Of a DNA stretch of 52,912 nucleotides, positions 8,330 through 16,722 are shown one piece after another. How positions within the stretch are numbered: the stretch's first letter is position 1; the number at the start of each line of letters is the position of its first letter. The position numbers and the translations under genes are program-made. The stretch is from a candidate division WWE3 bacterium CSP1-7. GTDB lineage: Bacteria; Patescibacteriota; WWE3; 9FT-COMBO-53-11. The notes under the pieces were generated by a model. That model did not search any database, was not told the origin of the DNA, and worked only from the letters and a program-made list of their open reading frames with translations. The DNA is taken from contig LDXK01000003.1 of assembly GCA_001443395.1 (NCBI GenBank), positions 33,182-86,093 of the forward strand. The letters run 5' to 3'.

Positions 8330-9406
8330 GTGAGAAAGTTTCTGTTGGCAACCCTTTTATTCATTTTTAGTCTGGCCGGGGCGCGGATAGCAGTTGCTCA
8401 AGATATTTCGTCTTGCGTTTATTATTTCTACGGAGAAGGTTGTCCCCACTGTGCGAACGTCAAACCCGTTTTGGAAAGCTTGGAGCAAAAGTACCCAGAT
8501 CTGAACATTCAGCGTTTTGAAGTTTGGTATAACCGGGAAGACGCGGCGCGGTTTCAAGAGGTTTCGACCGCTTATAATGTTCCGGAGCCCTGGGGAGTTC
8601 CCGTAGTTTTTATTGGGGAAAAGTATTTGAGCGGCGATACGCCAATCATCGGTGGATTGGAGAGCGAGATTCTGGCCAATCCGGACGCCGCCTGTCCGTT
8701 GGCGGAAGCAGAAGGGACCTTGGCTGCCCCCGCGCTTCTGACTGTGATCGGAGCGGCGCTGGTGGATTCGATTAATCCCTGTGCGATCGCCGTTCTTCTA
8801 ATCCTGCTTTCAGCGTTCTTGATCGGTTCCGGCAGCAAGAAGCGAGCGCTGTTGGCGGGACTGGCCTTCACTCTCTCCATCTACCTCGCCTATTTTCTCT
8901 TTGGTTTGGGACTCTTTTCGGCGATCCAGGTTTCGGGCTGGGCCGATCTAATTTCCCGGCTGGTCGGAGTTTTGGCGATCGTCATTGGGCTTTTGAATAT
9001 CAAGGATTACTTCTGGTATCGGGGTGGGGGATTCGCAATGGAAATTCCCCGGAGCTGGCGACACACCCTCAAGGACATCATCTACAGAGCAACCTCTCCG
9101 CTGGGAGCGTTTTTGGTGGGGTTCGTGGTGGTTTTCTTTGAGCTTCCCTGCACCGGCGGGCCGTACTTCTTTGTCCTGGGCCTGTTGGCGAAAAGTTTAA
9201 CGCTGGCGGGCGCAGTACCGTATCTCCTGCTCTACAACGTCTTCTTCGTCCTTCCGCTCCTGCTGATCTTGGGGCTGGTTTTCTGGGGTTACTCCACGGT
9301 GGGGAAGGCGGCGGAGTGGAAAGATAGAAATACGCGAATTTTACACCTGATTGCGGGACTTGTTTTAACCGTTTTAGGATTAGCGGTAGCTTTGCGGTTG
9401 GTTTAA
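8330..9406 (+). CDS. Secreted thioredoxin-like domain (CPHC) fused to a CcdA/DsbD-type thiol-disulfide transporter
   Basis: Signal peptide, YGEGCPHCANVKP thioredoxin-fold motif, then a polytopic domain with DSINPCA and ELPCTGGPY motifs (CcdA/DsbD-beta family). Confidence 0.75.
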   Translation: MRKFLLATLLFIFSLAGARIAVAQDISSCVYYFYGEGCPHCANVKPVLESLEQKYPDLNIQRFEVWYNREDAARFQEVSTAYNVPEPWGVPVVFIGEKYLSGDTPIIGGLESEILANPDAACPLAEAEGTLAAPALLTVIGAALVDSINPCAIAVLLILLSAFLIGSGSKKRALLAGLAFTLSIYLAYFLFGLGLFSAIQVSGWADLISRLVGVLAIVIGLLNIKDYFWYRGGGFAMEIPRSWRHTLKDIIYRATSPLGAFLVGFVVVFFELPCTGGPYFFVLGLLAKSLTLAGAVPYLLLYNVFFVLPLLLILGLVFWGYSTVGKAAEWKDRNTRILHLIAGLVLTVLGLAVALRLV

Positions 9407-9438
9407 ATTATTAGGTAAAAAAAGGACGGCTCAAAAAA

Positions 9439-9470
9439 AAGCCACCTAAGGTTTTGAGGCCTAGGTGGCT
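9439..9470 (-). terminator. Hairpin terminator, copy 1 of an identical 32-nt element
   Basis: AAGCCACCTAAGGTTTTGAGGCCTAGGTGGCT; stem GCCACCTA(A)GG/CCTAGGTGGC; minus strand reads hairpin then TTTTTTTT; downstream of 9482-9811. Confidence 0.75.
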
Positions 9471-9481
9471 CGAAACATATT

Positions 9482-9811
9482 TCAAGACACTTGCTGAAGC
9501 GGTGCGCCACAGTGGTCGCAGGCCATGTGTCCCTGGCCGCAGTGATTGCAAACCGGGTTCAGGTGCTTCATCTTCTCCATGAGATCTTTGGCACCCTTCT
9601 CACCGAGGAGCATCGACTCCTCTGGGGTGTCGCCGCGGACCACCATTTCGTAGGAGAGAGTGCGCCCATAGATCCGACGGACAGCCACGACCTGGGTGAT
9701 GTCCACCATGAAGCTTCCGGATCCGTTCTCCCCATCTTCCCCGAACGGTTCGTCTTCAACCGTCACGAACATCGGCCCAACGGCCACTTCCTGTAGGGCT
9801 GTTTTCGGCAT
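9482..9811 (-). CDS. Hypothetical protein (109 aa) with C-terminal CxxC...CxxC
   Basis: RBS GAGAGGAGG upstream; ends ...VCNHCGQGHMACDHCGAPLQQVS (zinc-ribbon-like). Confidence 0.6.
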   Translation of the reverse strand: MPKTALQEVAVGPMFVTVEDEPFGEDGENGSGSFMVDITQVVAVRRIYGRTLSYEMVVRGDTPEESMLLGEKGAKDLMEKMKHLNPVCNHCGQGHMACDHCGAPLQQVS

Positions 9812-9885
9812 AGCTGCCTCCTCTCGAATTGTTACGTTAATTGTAACCCATAGTTTAAGTTAGTCAAGCGGATCAACATAAAAGA

Positions 9886-9917
9886 AAGCCACCTAAGGTT
9901 TTGAGGCCTAGGTGGCT
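9886..9917 (-). terminator. Hairpin terminator, copy 2 of the identical 32-nt element
   Basis: Same 32 nt as 9439-9470; downstream of 9961-10611 on the minus strand. Confidence 0.7.
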
Positions 9918-9960
9918 TTTGGTTCATGAACACTTACTTACCGATGCGGGAGCTGGCGAA

Positions 9961-10611
9961 CTAGTTCCTGCGTCGGCGGCGAATCACAAGGGTCGAGATG
10001 CCGGTGAGCAGGGCGCCCCCGCCGAACAGGAATAGCTCCCAACCGCCACCCGTCTTCGGGGTTTCCGGCGGATCCTCGCGCTCCCGGGTCGGGGTCGGCG
10101 TCACACCGGGCGTCGGCGGCGTTTCCGTCACCGTCGGCGTTCCATCGGTCGGCGTCGGTGTCACCTCAGTCGGCGTCGGCGGTGTCTCCGTCGGTGTCAC
10201 CTCAGTCGGCGTCGGCGGTGTCTCCGTCGGATCTTCCTCCGGGATGAAGTAGGACCAGTGGCTCAGGCCGCACGTGCCTTCCGGCTGCGGCCAGGAGTCG
10301 AAGATCCCACCCGTACACCCCTGGCTGTTGCTCGAGCCCGCCTTGAAGCAGTAGTCGGTGGCGCCGTCGACCGGGTAGAGGGACAGATCGTCGCTGTCGA
10401 TTTTGGTCCATCCGTCCCCGTCGGGACAGGTTGCTTCCCCTTGCAGGGGCACAACGGCCGGGGCGGCGAGGACCACGAACGGGATCGCCAGCACCATCAC
10501 GAGCACGGCTCCCAGAAGGAGCCTGAAGGTCCTCCGTGTTTTCACGAGTTCCTCTCCTTTTCTTGTTTCCGGGCGAACCCCCGGCGGGTTGGTGTTGCGT
10601 TTCGAGTTCAA
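9961..10611 (-). CDS. Sortase substrate: secreted Cys-rich protein with PT-repeat stalk and C-terminal sorting signal
   Basis: Signal anchor; TPTETPPTPTEV repeats; C-terminus ETPKTGGGWELFLFGGGALLTGISTLVIRRRRRN (LPXTG-like PKTGG, hydrophobic span, basic tail). Confidence 0.75.
   Translation of the reverse strand: MNSKRNTNPPGVRPETRKGEELVKTRRTFRLLLGAVLVMVLAIPFVVLAAPAVVPLQGEATCPDGDGWTKIDSDDLSLYPVDGATDYCFKAGSSNSQGCTGGIFDSWPQPEGTCGLSHWSYFIPEEDPTETPPTPTEVTPTETPPTPTEVTPTPTDGTPTVTETPPTPGVTPTPTREREDPPETPKTGGGWELFLFGGGALLTGISTLVIRRRRRN
10158..10229. repeat. Exact 36-bp tandem duplication inside the PT-repeat region
   Basis: 10158-10193 equals 10194-10229 base for base; in frame (12 codons); more degenerate copies upstream. 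Confidence 0.9.
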
Positions 10612-10620
10612 GTTAGGTTG

Positions 10621-11316
10621 TTACTCACCTCCTCTGACGAGCTCGGCGAAAACGACCAGTCGCTGCCAGTCTGTCCCCCAAGGAGTGCAGGTCCAGAGAG
10701 CGACTTGGATCTTTCCTTCTGCCAGCGCGGCGTCATCCCGTAAAAAGAACAACGGCCAGAGCTGCTCTGGTTCCACCACAACAGTCTCGGTAACCGCGAA
10801 CTCGATCACCTCACCTCTGTACCGAAACCGAATGATATCACCCGGTTCCAGTTTGTTCAAGGCGGTGAAGACCTTTCCGACCGGTCCCCACTGGCGGTGA
10901 CCATAGATCAGCGCTACCCCAACGTTCCCGATCTCTGCTCCCCACCCCGGTACCCAGAGGGGATGCTCGGAGGGTTTCGTTAGGTAGGTGGTGCCGTCTG
11001 GCGCCACTGCCTCTTCCGCCATCCGCAGTCCGGACTCCACCCCGATCTCGGGGATCTCCAGTACGACTCTTCCTGACATCACCTCCTCGCGGAGGAAGAA
11101 CGTAGGAACGGGGGTGGCGGTCGGGGTCGGTTCCGTTGTCGGCTCGTTGGTGGACACCACGAGGGGTGCTTCCGTCGGGACCGCGGTTTCCGGTAGGAAA
11201 GGGGTCGCCGTCGGCGACTCCGGAACCGAAATTTGAGCTGGCACGTCCGCCCGCGCACAGGCGAGCGACGCTGCCAAAATAAGAAGAAGCGGGAGAACGA
11301 TCGCAGACTTCCTCAT
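10621..11316 (-). CDS. Sortase family transpeptidase
   Basis: Signal/lipobox-like N-terminus, PT-rich linker, catalytic-type residues YGH...LWTCTPWG...QRLVVFAE (His, Cys, Arg); 9 nt upstream of its putative substrate gene. Confidence 0.75.
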   Translation of the reverse strand: MRKSAIVLPLLLILAASLACARADVPAQISVPESPTATPFLPETAVPTEAPLVVSTNEPTTEPTPTATPVPTFFLREEVMSGRVVLEIPEIGVESGLRMAEEAVAPDGTTYLTKPSEHPLWVPGWGAEIGNVGVALIYGHRQWGPVGKVFTALNKLEPGDIIRFRYRGEVIEFAVTETVVVEPEQLWPLFFLRDDAALAEGKIQVALWTCTPWGTDWQRLVVFAELVRGGE

Positions 11317-11503
11317 CTTGCTCCTTTCGTATAGGTTTTTAAGGTTCTGGACAGAGAGAACGGGGCCGATTGCCCGATTCTAAATTGCCATACTAAAGGA
11401 TAACACCGGAGTCAATCTCTGTCAACTATAAGTCTTTCCTCACGCAAAGCCATCCATTCATCGTTGGCGCTCGAAATGTGGGTTATTAGGATTTCGGAGA
11501 GAT

Positions 11504-11668
11504 TTAACAGAATTCGCAGATTTCGGAGCGGGGGCCGGTGCCCTTTTCGTACTGATGGACGTAGGTGCCGTCCTCTTTCTTCTTGGGTTCTCCGGGCTTA
11601 ATCTCTTTACCGCAGTTGTGGCAAATCAGCCTGCCTTCGGTTTCTTTCGTTTCTTTCTTGGGATCCAT
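11504..11668 (-). CDS. Small zinc-ribbon protein (54 aa), not in the ORF track
   Basis: My translation: MDPKKETKETEGRLICHNCGKEIKPGEPKKKEDGTYVHQYEKGTGPRSEICEFC*; two CxxC pairs; no obvious SD. Confidence 0.45.
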   Translation of the reverse strand: MDPKKETKETEGRLICHNCGKEIKPGEPKKKEDGTYVHQYEKGTGPRSEICEFC

Positions 11669-11725
11669 TGTGTCTTAAAGACTAGCAAACGGGCAGGGGT
11701 AAAGGCAATTGCTAAACTGATTGAG

Positions 11726-14149
11726 ATGATTTCCGGTTTAACCTCGGCAGAAGCAGGGAAGCGGTTGGCGCAGTTTGGCCCCAACGTTTTGGCCGGGGGC
11801 GCGCGGGTTCTCCCGCTGAAAATTTTCCTTTCCCAATTTAAGAGTTTTCTGGTCGTAATCCTGATGATCGCCGCGATCTTCTCCTTTTTTGTCGGTGAGG
11901 ATCTGGACGCGATCGTCATTCTGGCGATTGTGGTTCTCAATGCCGGTTTCGGTTTTATCCAGGAGTACCGGGCGGAAAACGCGATTGCGGCCCTGAAGAA
12001 ACTGGTGGTCAATCGAGTGCGGGTAATCCGCGATGGGCAGGAGATCGAAATCAATGCCGAGGAGTTGGTTCCCGGCGACGTCTTCTTTTTGGGAGTGGGA
12101 CAGAAAATCCCCGCCGATGCCCGGCTTCTCGAGGCCATCAATCTTTCGGCCAACGAGGCCTCTCTCACCGGGGAATCCGCCCCGGTTGCCAAGTTTTTCC
12201 AAGGGAATGGCGATGAGGGGATGGTCTTTATGGGAACCGTGGTCAATGGGGGACGCGGTTTGGGTGAGGTTCAGCAAACCGGAATGAAGACCAGATTTGG
12301 GCGGATTGCTTCTCTTCTCTCCGAAGTGAAAGAAGAGGCCACACCGCTCCAGAAAGACCTGACCCGCCTGGGTGGGACGATTATTGTGATCGGGATCCTA
12401 GCGGCTCTGGCGATTTTCATAATCGGAGAGCTCCGCGGAAATCCGCTGGTGGAAACCCTCCTTGCCGCAATCTCTCTAGCGGTCGCAATTGTTCCGGAGG
12501 GCCTGCCGGCAATTGTCACAATTACTCTGGGGTTGGGAGCCCAGCGGATGGCGCGGAAGAACGCGATCATCCGCCGGCTATCTGCCATCGAAACCTTTGG
12601 TTCAACCGATGTCATCTGCACGGACAAGACGGGAACGCTCACGAAGAACGAGATGATGGTGAAGAAGGTCTTCCTCGATGGCCGAATTTTCGAGGAAGCC
12701 GCTCTCCGCCAAGAGAAGAACAAAAAATTTGCTCAAATTATTCGAACCGGGGTGCTGGCGAACACCGCTTCCTTGGTGGAAGAGGCGGGAGGATTTAAAA
12801 TTTTGGGTGATTCCACCGAAGGAGCGCTCCTCCTCCTGGCGAAAGAACACGGGATTGATTATCGAGAAGAGCGAGAGAAGGGAAAGCTTTTCCGCGAGTT
12901 TTCTTTTGACCAAAAGCTGAAGAGAATGACCGTGGTTTGGAACACTCCCGGATTCGGGTACGAGGTCCTTACCAAAAGCGCTCCCGAAATTCTGCTGGAA
13001 CTATCGAACCTTTCCGATCAGGAAAAGAAACAAACCAAGGAGGAAATAGATTCTCTGGCTTCCCAAGGTTTTCGACTCCTGGGCTTCGGTTACCGGCGGA
13101 TTAAGACCGCGGACCCTTCCCCCTCCTTCACCCGTGAGCAGGTCGAGCGGAATCTCGATTACCTGGGTTTTGTGGCGATCTATGACCCGCCCCGGGAGGG
13201 GGTCCAGGAGGCGATCAAGCTCGCCCACCAATCCGGCATCGCGGTTCGGATGATCACCGGCGATAATCCCCTCACCGCTCGGGCGATCGGCCAGGAGGTG
13301 GGGCTTTTTGCGACGGAAGATCAGGTGATTGAAGGCCCGGCCATTGAAAAGCTGACGGATGAGGAACTCAAGGAAGTCGTCAGCCGGATTAAGATATTTG
13401 CTCGAGTTTCTCCTGAACACAAGATCCGGATTGTGAAGGCTTACAAGGCGTTGGGAAAGGTGGTGGCGGTGACAGGAGACGGGGTCAACGACGCTCCGGC
13501 TCTGAAACAGGCGGATGTCGGAATGGCGATGGGGATCACGGGGACCGATGTGGCGAAGGAATCGGCCGACGCCGTTCTGGCGGATGACAATTTCGTTTCG
13601 GTCGTGGCGGCGATCGAGCAGGGACGGTTGATCTACCGCAACATCCTCAAAAGCATCCGCTATCTCCTGGGCTGTAACTTTGGGGAGCTAATCACCGTCC
13701 TGGGAGCGGTGGCCCTGGGTTTTCCGGTGCCGCTCACCCCGATCCAGATCCTCTGGATGAATCTGGTCACCGACGGGCTCCCGGCGCTGGCGCTTTCGGA
13801 GGACCCGGGGGACCACCACGTCATGAACGAGCCCCCGCGGAGAAAGGGAATTCCGGTCCTGGACCTTCTGGGCAAGCGCTGGCTGCTCGCCACCGGTCTG
13901 GGGCTGGGAGGGCTGGCTCTGGTCACCTTTATCCTGCTGGATTTTGTTTCCCTGCCGGAAGCGCGGACGGCGACCTTTACCGTTTTCGTGGTCGGAGAGA
14001 TGGTTGCCGCCCTGGCGGTCCGCAAGGGGGAGCGCCTCTTCTCCAACCCCCTTCTCTGGGTTTCCATTACCCTCGCCCTTGGATTGCAGGCGGCGATTGT
14101 CTTTTTACCACCCTTGCAAAAAATCTTTGATACCGTCCCCTTCTTTTAA
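11726..14149 (+). CDS. P-type cation-transporting ATPase (type II, Ca2+/Mg2+-like)
   Basis: DKTGTLT, MITGDN, GDGVNDAPALKQADVG motifs. Start moved to ATG 11726 (MISGLTSAEAGKRLAQFGPN, the usual N-terminus); track start 11555 overlaps the antisense zinc-ribbon ORF. Confidence 0.9.
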   Translation: MISGLTSAEAGKRLAQFGPNVLAGGARVLPLKIFLSQFKSFLVVILMIAAIFSFFVGEDLDAIVILAIVVLNAGFGFIQEYRAENAIAALKKLVVNRVRVIRDGQEIEINAEELVPGDVFFLGVGQKIPADARLLEAINLSANEASLTGESAPVAKFFQGNGDEGMVFMGTVVNGGRGLGEVQQTGMKTRFGRIASLLSEVKEEATPLQKDLTRLGGTIIVIGILAALAIFIIGELRGNPLVETLLAAISLAVAIVPEGLPAIVTITLGLGAQRMARKNAIIRRLSAIETFGSTDVICTDKTGTLTKNEMMVKKVFLDGRIFEEAALRQEKNKKFAQIIRTGVLANTASLVEEAGGFKILGDSTEGALLLLAKEHGIDYREEREKGKLFREFSFDQKLKRMTVVWNTPGFGYEVLTKSAPEILLELSNLSDQEKKQTKEEIDSLASQGFRLLGFGYRRIKTADPSPSFTREQVERNLDYLGFVAIYDPPREGVQEAIKLAHQSGIAVRMITGDNPLTARAIGQEVGLFATEDQVIEGPAIEKLTDEELKEVVSRIKIFARVSPEHKIRIVKAYKALGKVVAVTGDGVNDAPALKQADVGMAMGITGTDVAKESADAVLADDNFVSVVAAIEQGRLIYRNILKSIRYLLGCNFGELITVLGAVALGFPVPLTPIQILWMNLVTDGLPALALSEDPGDHHVMNEPPRRKGIPVLDLLGKRWLLATGLGLGGLALVTFILLDFVSLPEARTATFTVFVVGEMVAALAVRKGERLFSNPLLWVSITLALGLQAAIVFLPPLQKIFDTVPFF

Positions 14150-14171
14150 CGGATTTTGATACATTGAATTA

Positions 14172-14954
14172 ATGTTCGAGCAGGTTTTGGCGCACGAAGG
14201 TGAGGAAGAAGAGCTGCCGATTTCTCCCCTTGGAGAAACGCTGGACCAGCGACTGAAGGGATTGTCCCTTCTGGGTTTGGAGTTGGCCACTGGGTTAGCC
14301 CTCTTCTTGATCATTCTGGCGGTTTTTTGGAAGAAAAAAACCGAGAAGGCGAAGTGGTTCCTCTACCTGGGAATCGCCCTCCCGATTGTCCTGGCAACGC
14401 TCTTCCTGGCCGGATCCACCGTTTACCTTAATCTCACTTCCATCACCGGCGGACCGGTGCACTGGCACGCCGATTTTCAGGTTTGGGCCTGCGGGAAAGA
14501 ACTCGATCTGATCGATCCGGCCGGAATCGCCAACCGAGTTGGCTCTCCTGTTTTCCACGAACACGGCGACGACCGGATCCACGTTGAGGGAGTGGTGACG
14601 GATTTGGAAGATGTCGCCCTTAAAAACTTTTTCGGATTTGTCGGCGGCGAACTACGCGACGATCATTTCACCTTTCCCACCAACAACAAGCTCTACGAAT
14701 ATGAGAACGGCGATCTCTGCCCGGACGGAAAAGCCGGGACATTGCAGGCCTTTGTTTGGAAAACCGATGTGGCAAAGGGAGAGTTCCATCAGGAGAAGCT
14801 GGAACATCCCGACGATTACGTCGTTTCTCCTTACGGCAACGTCCCGCCGGGGGACTGTTTGATTATCGAATTCGGAGAGAAGAAGGATCGGACCGATAAG
14901 CTCTGCAATTTCTACAAGGTGGAGGAGTCGAAAGGAGAGTTAAAGAGAAGGTGA
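14172..14954 (+). CDS. Membrane-anchored exported protein with conserved His/Cys (hypothetical)
   Basis: One TM, then GGPVHWHADFQVWACGKE...VFHEHGDDRIHVEG...GDLCPDG...GDCLIIEF; stop overlaps the start of the next gene (GTGATGG). Confidence 0.6.
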   Translation: MFEQVLAHEGEEEELPISPLGETLDQRLKGLSLLGLELATGLALFLIILAVFWKKKTEKAKWFLYLGIALPIVLATLFLAGSTVYLNLTSITGGPVHWHADFQVWACGKELDLIDPAGIANRVGSPVFHEHGDDRIHVEGVVTDLEDVALKNFFGFVGGELRDDHFTFPTNNKLYEYENGDLCPDGKAGTLQAFVWKTDVAKGEFHQEKLEHPDDYVVSPYGNVPPGDCLIIEFGEKKDRTDKLCNFYKVEESKGELKRR

Positions 14955-15676
14955 TGGAACCAACCGTACTAACTTCGCTTCCCACGGTCGCCACGGTTTT
15001 GGGGGCGGCCGCCATCGATTCAATCAATCCTTGTGCCATCGGGGTCCTGATCCTGATGATCTCGGTGATGCTCTCCCAAAAACACTCCGTCCGGCGAATG
15101 CTTCTTCTGGGTGGTTTTTATATCCTGGCAATCTTCCTGACCTATCTGGCGGCCGGGTTGGGTCTCCTGTACGGTCTGGCGAGAGTGCCGCTGTACGTGG
15201 CCGAGTATGTCTCGATCGCCGTGGGGGTTTTCATCATCTTTGCTGGGCTGATTGAAATCAAAGATTTCTTTTGGTACGGCCGCTGGTTTTCGTTGGGGAT
15301 TCCGGTGAGCATTTCAAAAAGGCTTCACAACATGACCCAGAACGCGACCGCCTCTCTTCTGGGGGTGTCTCTGCTGGGGGCCTTTGTGGCGGCAGTGGAG
15401 CTCCCTTGTACGGGGGCTCCCTACCTGGCGATCATCACCCTGCTTTCCCAGAATTTTGATTTCAGCGCCTTTCTTCTCCTGGTTCTCTACAACGTGGTCT
15501 TTGTGGTCCCGCTATTGGTAATTTTGTTGATGGTGGCTTCCGGCTTTGAGCTCTACAAGGTGCAGAAGTTTAGAATGGAAGGGAGAGGGTTTATGCGACT
15601 GTTGATCGGGATGTTGCTGGTGTTTTTGGGGTGGTTGCTGATGCTGATCGCCAACGGGACGATTAACCTAGGATAG
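14951..15676 (+). CDS. CcdA/DsbD-type thiol-disulfide transporter (second copy)
   Basis: DSINPCAIGV and ELPCTGAPY motifs, paralogous to the C-terminal half of 8330-9406; start GTG 14951 or ATG 14954. Confidence 0.75.
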   Translation: MMEPTVLTSLPTVATVLGAAAIDSINPCAIGVLILMISVMLSQKHSVRRMLLLGGFYILAIFLTYLAAGLGLLYGLARVPLYVAEYVSIAVGVFIIFAGLIEIKDFFWYGRWFSLGIPVSISKRLHNMTQNATASLLGVSLLGAFVAAVELPCTGAPYLAIITLLSQNFDFSAFLLLVLYNVVFVVPLLVILLMVASGFELYKVQKFRMEGRGFMRLLIGMLLVFLGWLLMLIANGTINLG

Positions 15677-15704
15677 GAGTAGGAATAGGAGTAGTTTAGG
15701 AAGA

Positions 15705-15986
15705 ATGGCAAGAAAAACGGTAACGATAATCAAAAGACAGGGGCATCGGGAGAAATACGACGAACACAAGGTCTATGGGAGCGTTTACGCGGCGTGTCTG
15801 GCGGCCGGAGAGTCGGAGGCCACCGCGGAGAAGATTTCCGCGACCGTGGCCAAGAAACTCTCTCATTCGATCACCGATTGGAAGGTCACCAATTCCGATC
15901 AGATCTTTCGGCAGGTGATCGTGGAGCTGGGGAAACTCTCTCCAAAAGCCGTCTTCCTGTATGAGATGCACCGCGATCTAAGCTAG
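15705..15986 (+). CDS. Stand-alone ATP-cone domain protein
   Basis: 93 aa; VTIIKRQGHREKYDEHKVYGSVYAAC... matches the ATP-cone pattern; no zinc ribbon, so not NrdR. Confidence 0.6.
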   Translation: MARKTVTIIKRQGHREKYDEHKVYGSVYAACLAAGESEATAEKISATVAKKLSHSITDWKVTNSDQIFRQVIVELGKLSPKAVFLYEMHRDLS

Positions 15987-16000
15987 AAAGGAGGGTAAAA

Positions 16001-16648
16001 GTGGAGAAGGTTTTCGTTGCCGTTTCGGGAAATATCGGCGTAGGCAAGTCCACTCTGGTGAAGAGGCTCGCCGCTAAACTTGACTGGGAGCCGATCTTTG
16101 AACCCCAGGACGAGAGTCCCTATCTCGCCGATTTCTATCGCGAGATGGGGGTTTGGGCTTTCCATTCCCAACTTTTCTTTTTGGGACGGCGGCTCCGGCA
16201 GTATCAGGATTTCCTGGCGATCCCTCGGAGCGTTATTCAGGACCGTTGTGTCTATGAGGATGCGGAGGTTTTCGCCCGCAACCTCTTTGAGCAGGGAAGG
16301 ATCAGTTCTCGGGATTGGGATACCTATCAGAGTCTTTACCAGGGGGTGCTGAACTTTATTCCCCCTCCTGATTTGCTCATCTATCTTAAGGCGGACCTAC
16401 CCACTTTGTTGGGGCGGGTCGAGAAGCGCGGCCGAGATTACGAAAAGGGAATTGAGCGAGATTATCTCGTGACCCTTCAGCAGCTCTACGAGCGCTGGAT
16501 CGCCGGCTTTCGCCTTGCTCCGGTTCTGGTCGTACCGGCGGATCGGCTGAATTTTGTTTCGGACGAGACCCATCTCGATCAAATCGCCGAAGTTGTGATG
16601 GCCAAACTCGCCGGCCACGAAACGCCCGCATTTGCCCGACAAAGCTAG
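16001..16648 (+). CDS. Deoxynucleoside kinase (dAK/dGK family)
   Basis: GTG start with RBS AAAGGAGGG; P-loop SGNIGVGKST, FEP...NPYL-like, ...FFLGRR... typical of the dNK family. Confidence 0.8.
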   Translation: MEKVFVAVSGNIGVGKSTLVKRLAAKLDWEPIFEPQDESPYLADFYREMGVWAFHSQLFFLGRRLRQYQDFLAIPRSVIQDRCVYEDAEVFARNLFEQGRISSRDWDTYQSLYQGVLNFIPPPDLLIYLKADLPTLLGRVEKRGRDYEKGIERDYLVTLQQLYERWIAGFRLAPVLVVPADRLNFVSDETHLDQIAEVVMAKLAGHETPAFARQS

Positions 16649-16722
16649 GGTCATTCTCGACCCGTCCGTCAATCGCCCCTGATTATTTGCGGTCAGGGGC
16701 TTCTTTTTGCGAAAATGTATAA

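Noticed and set aside
9439-10229. CRISPR array (repeated hairpins, 36-bp repeats) and, at 23229-23325, the iterons
   Set aside because: There are only two hairpin copies, and they are separated by a gene. The 36-bp repeat is in frame inside a PT-rich coding region with no spacers. The 9-bp iterons are far too short. No cas genes are present.
11555-11725. 57-codon N-terminal extension of the P-type ATPase
   Set aside because: The canonical N-terminus starts at 11726. The extension is hydrophobic nonsense and overlaps a zinc-ribbon ORF on the other strand.
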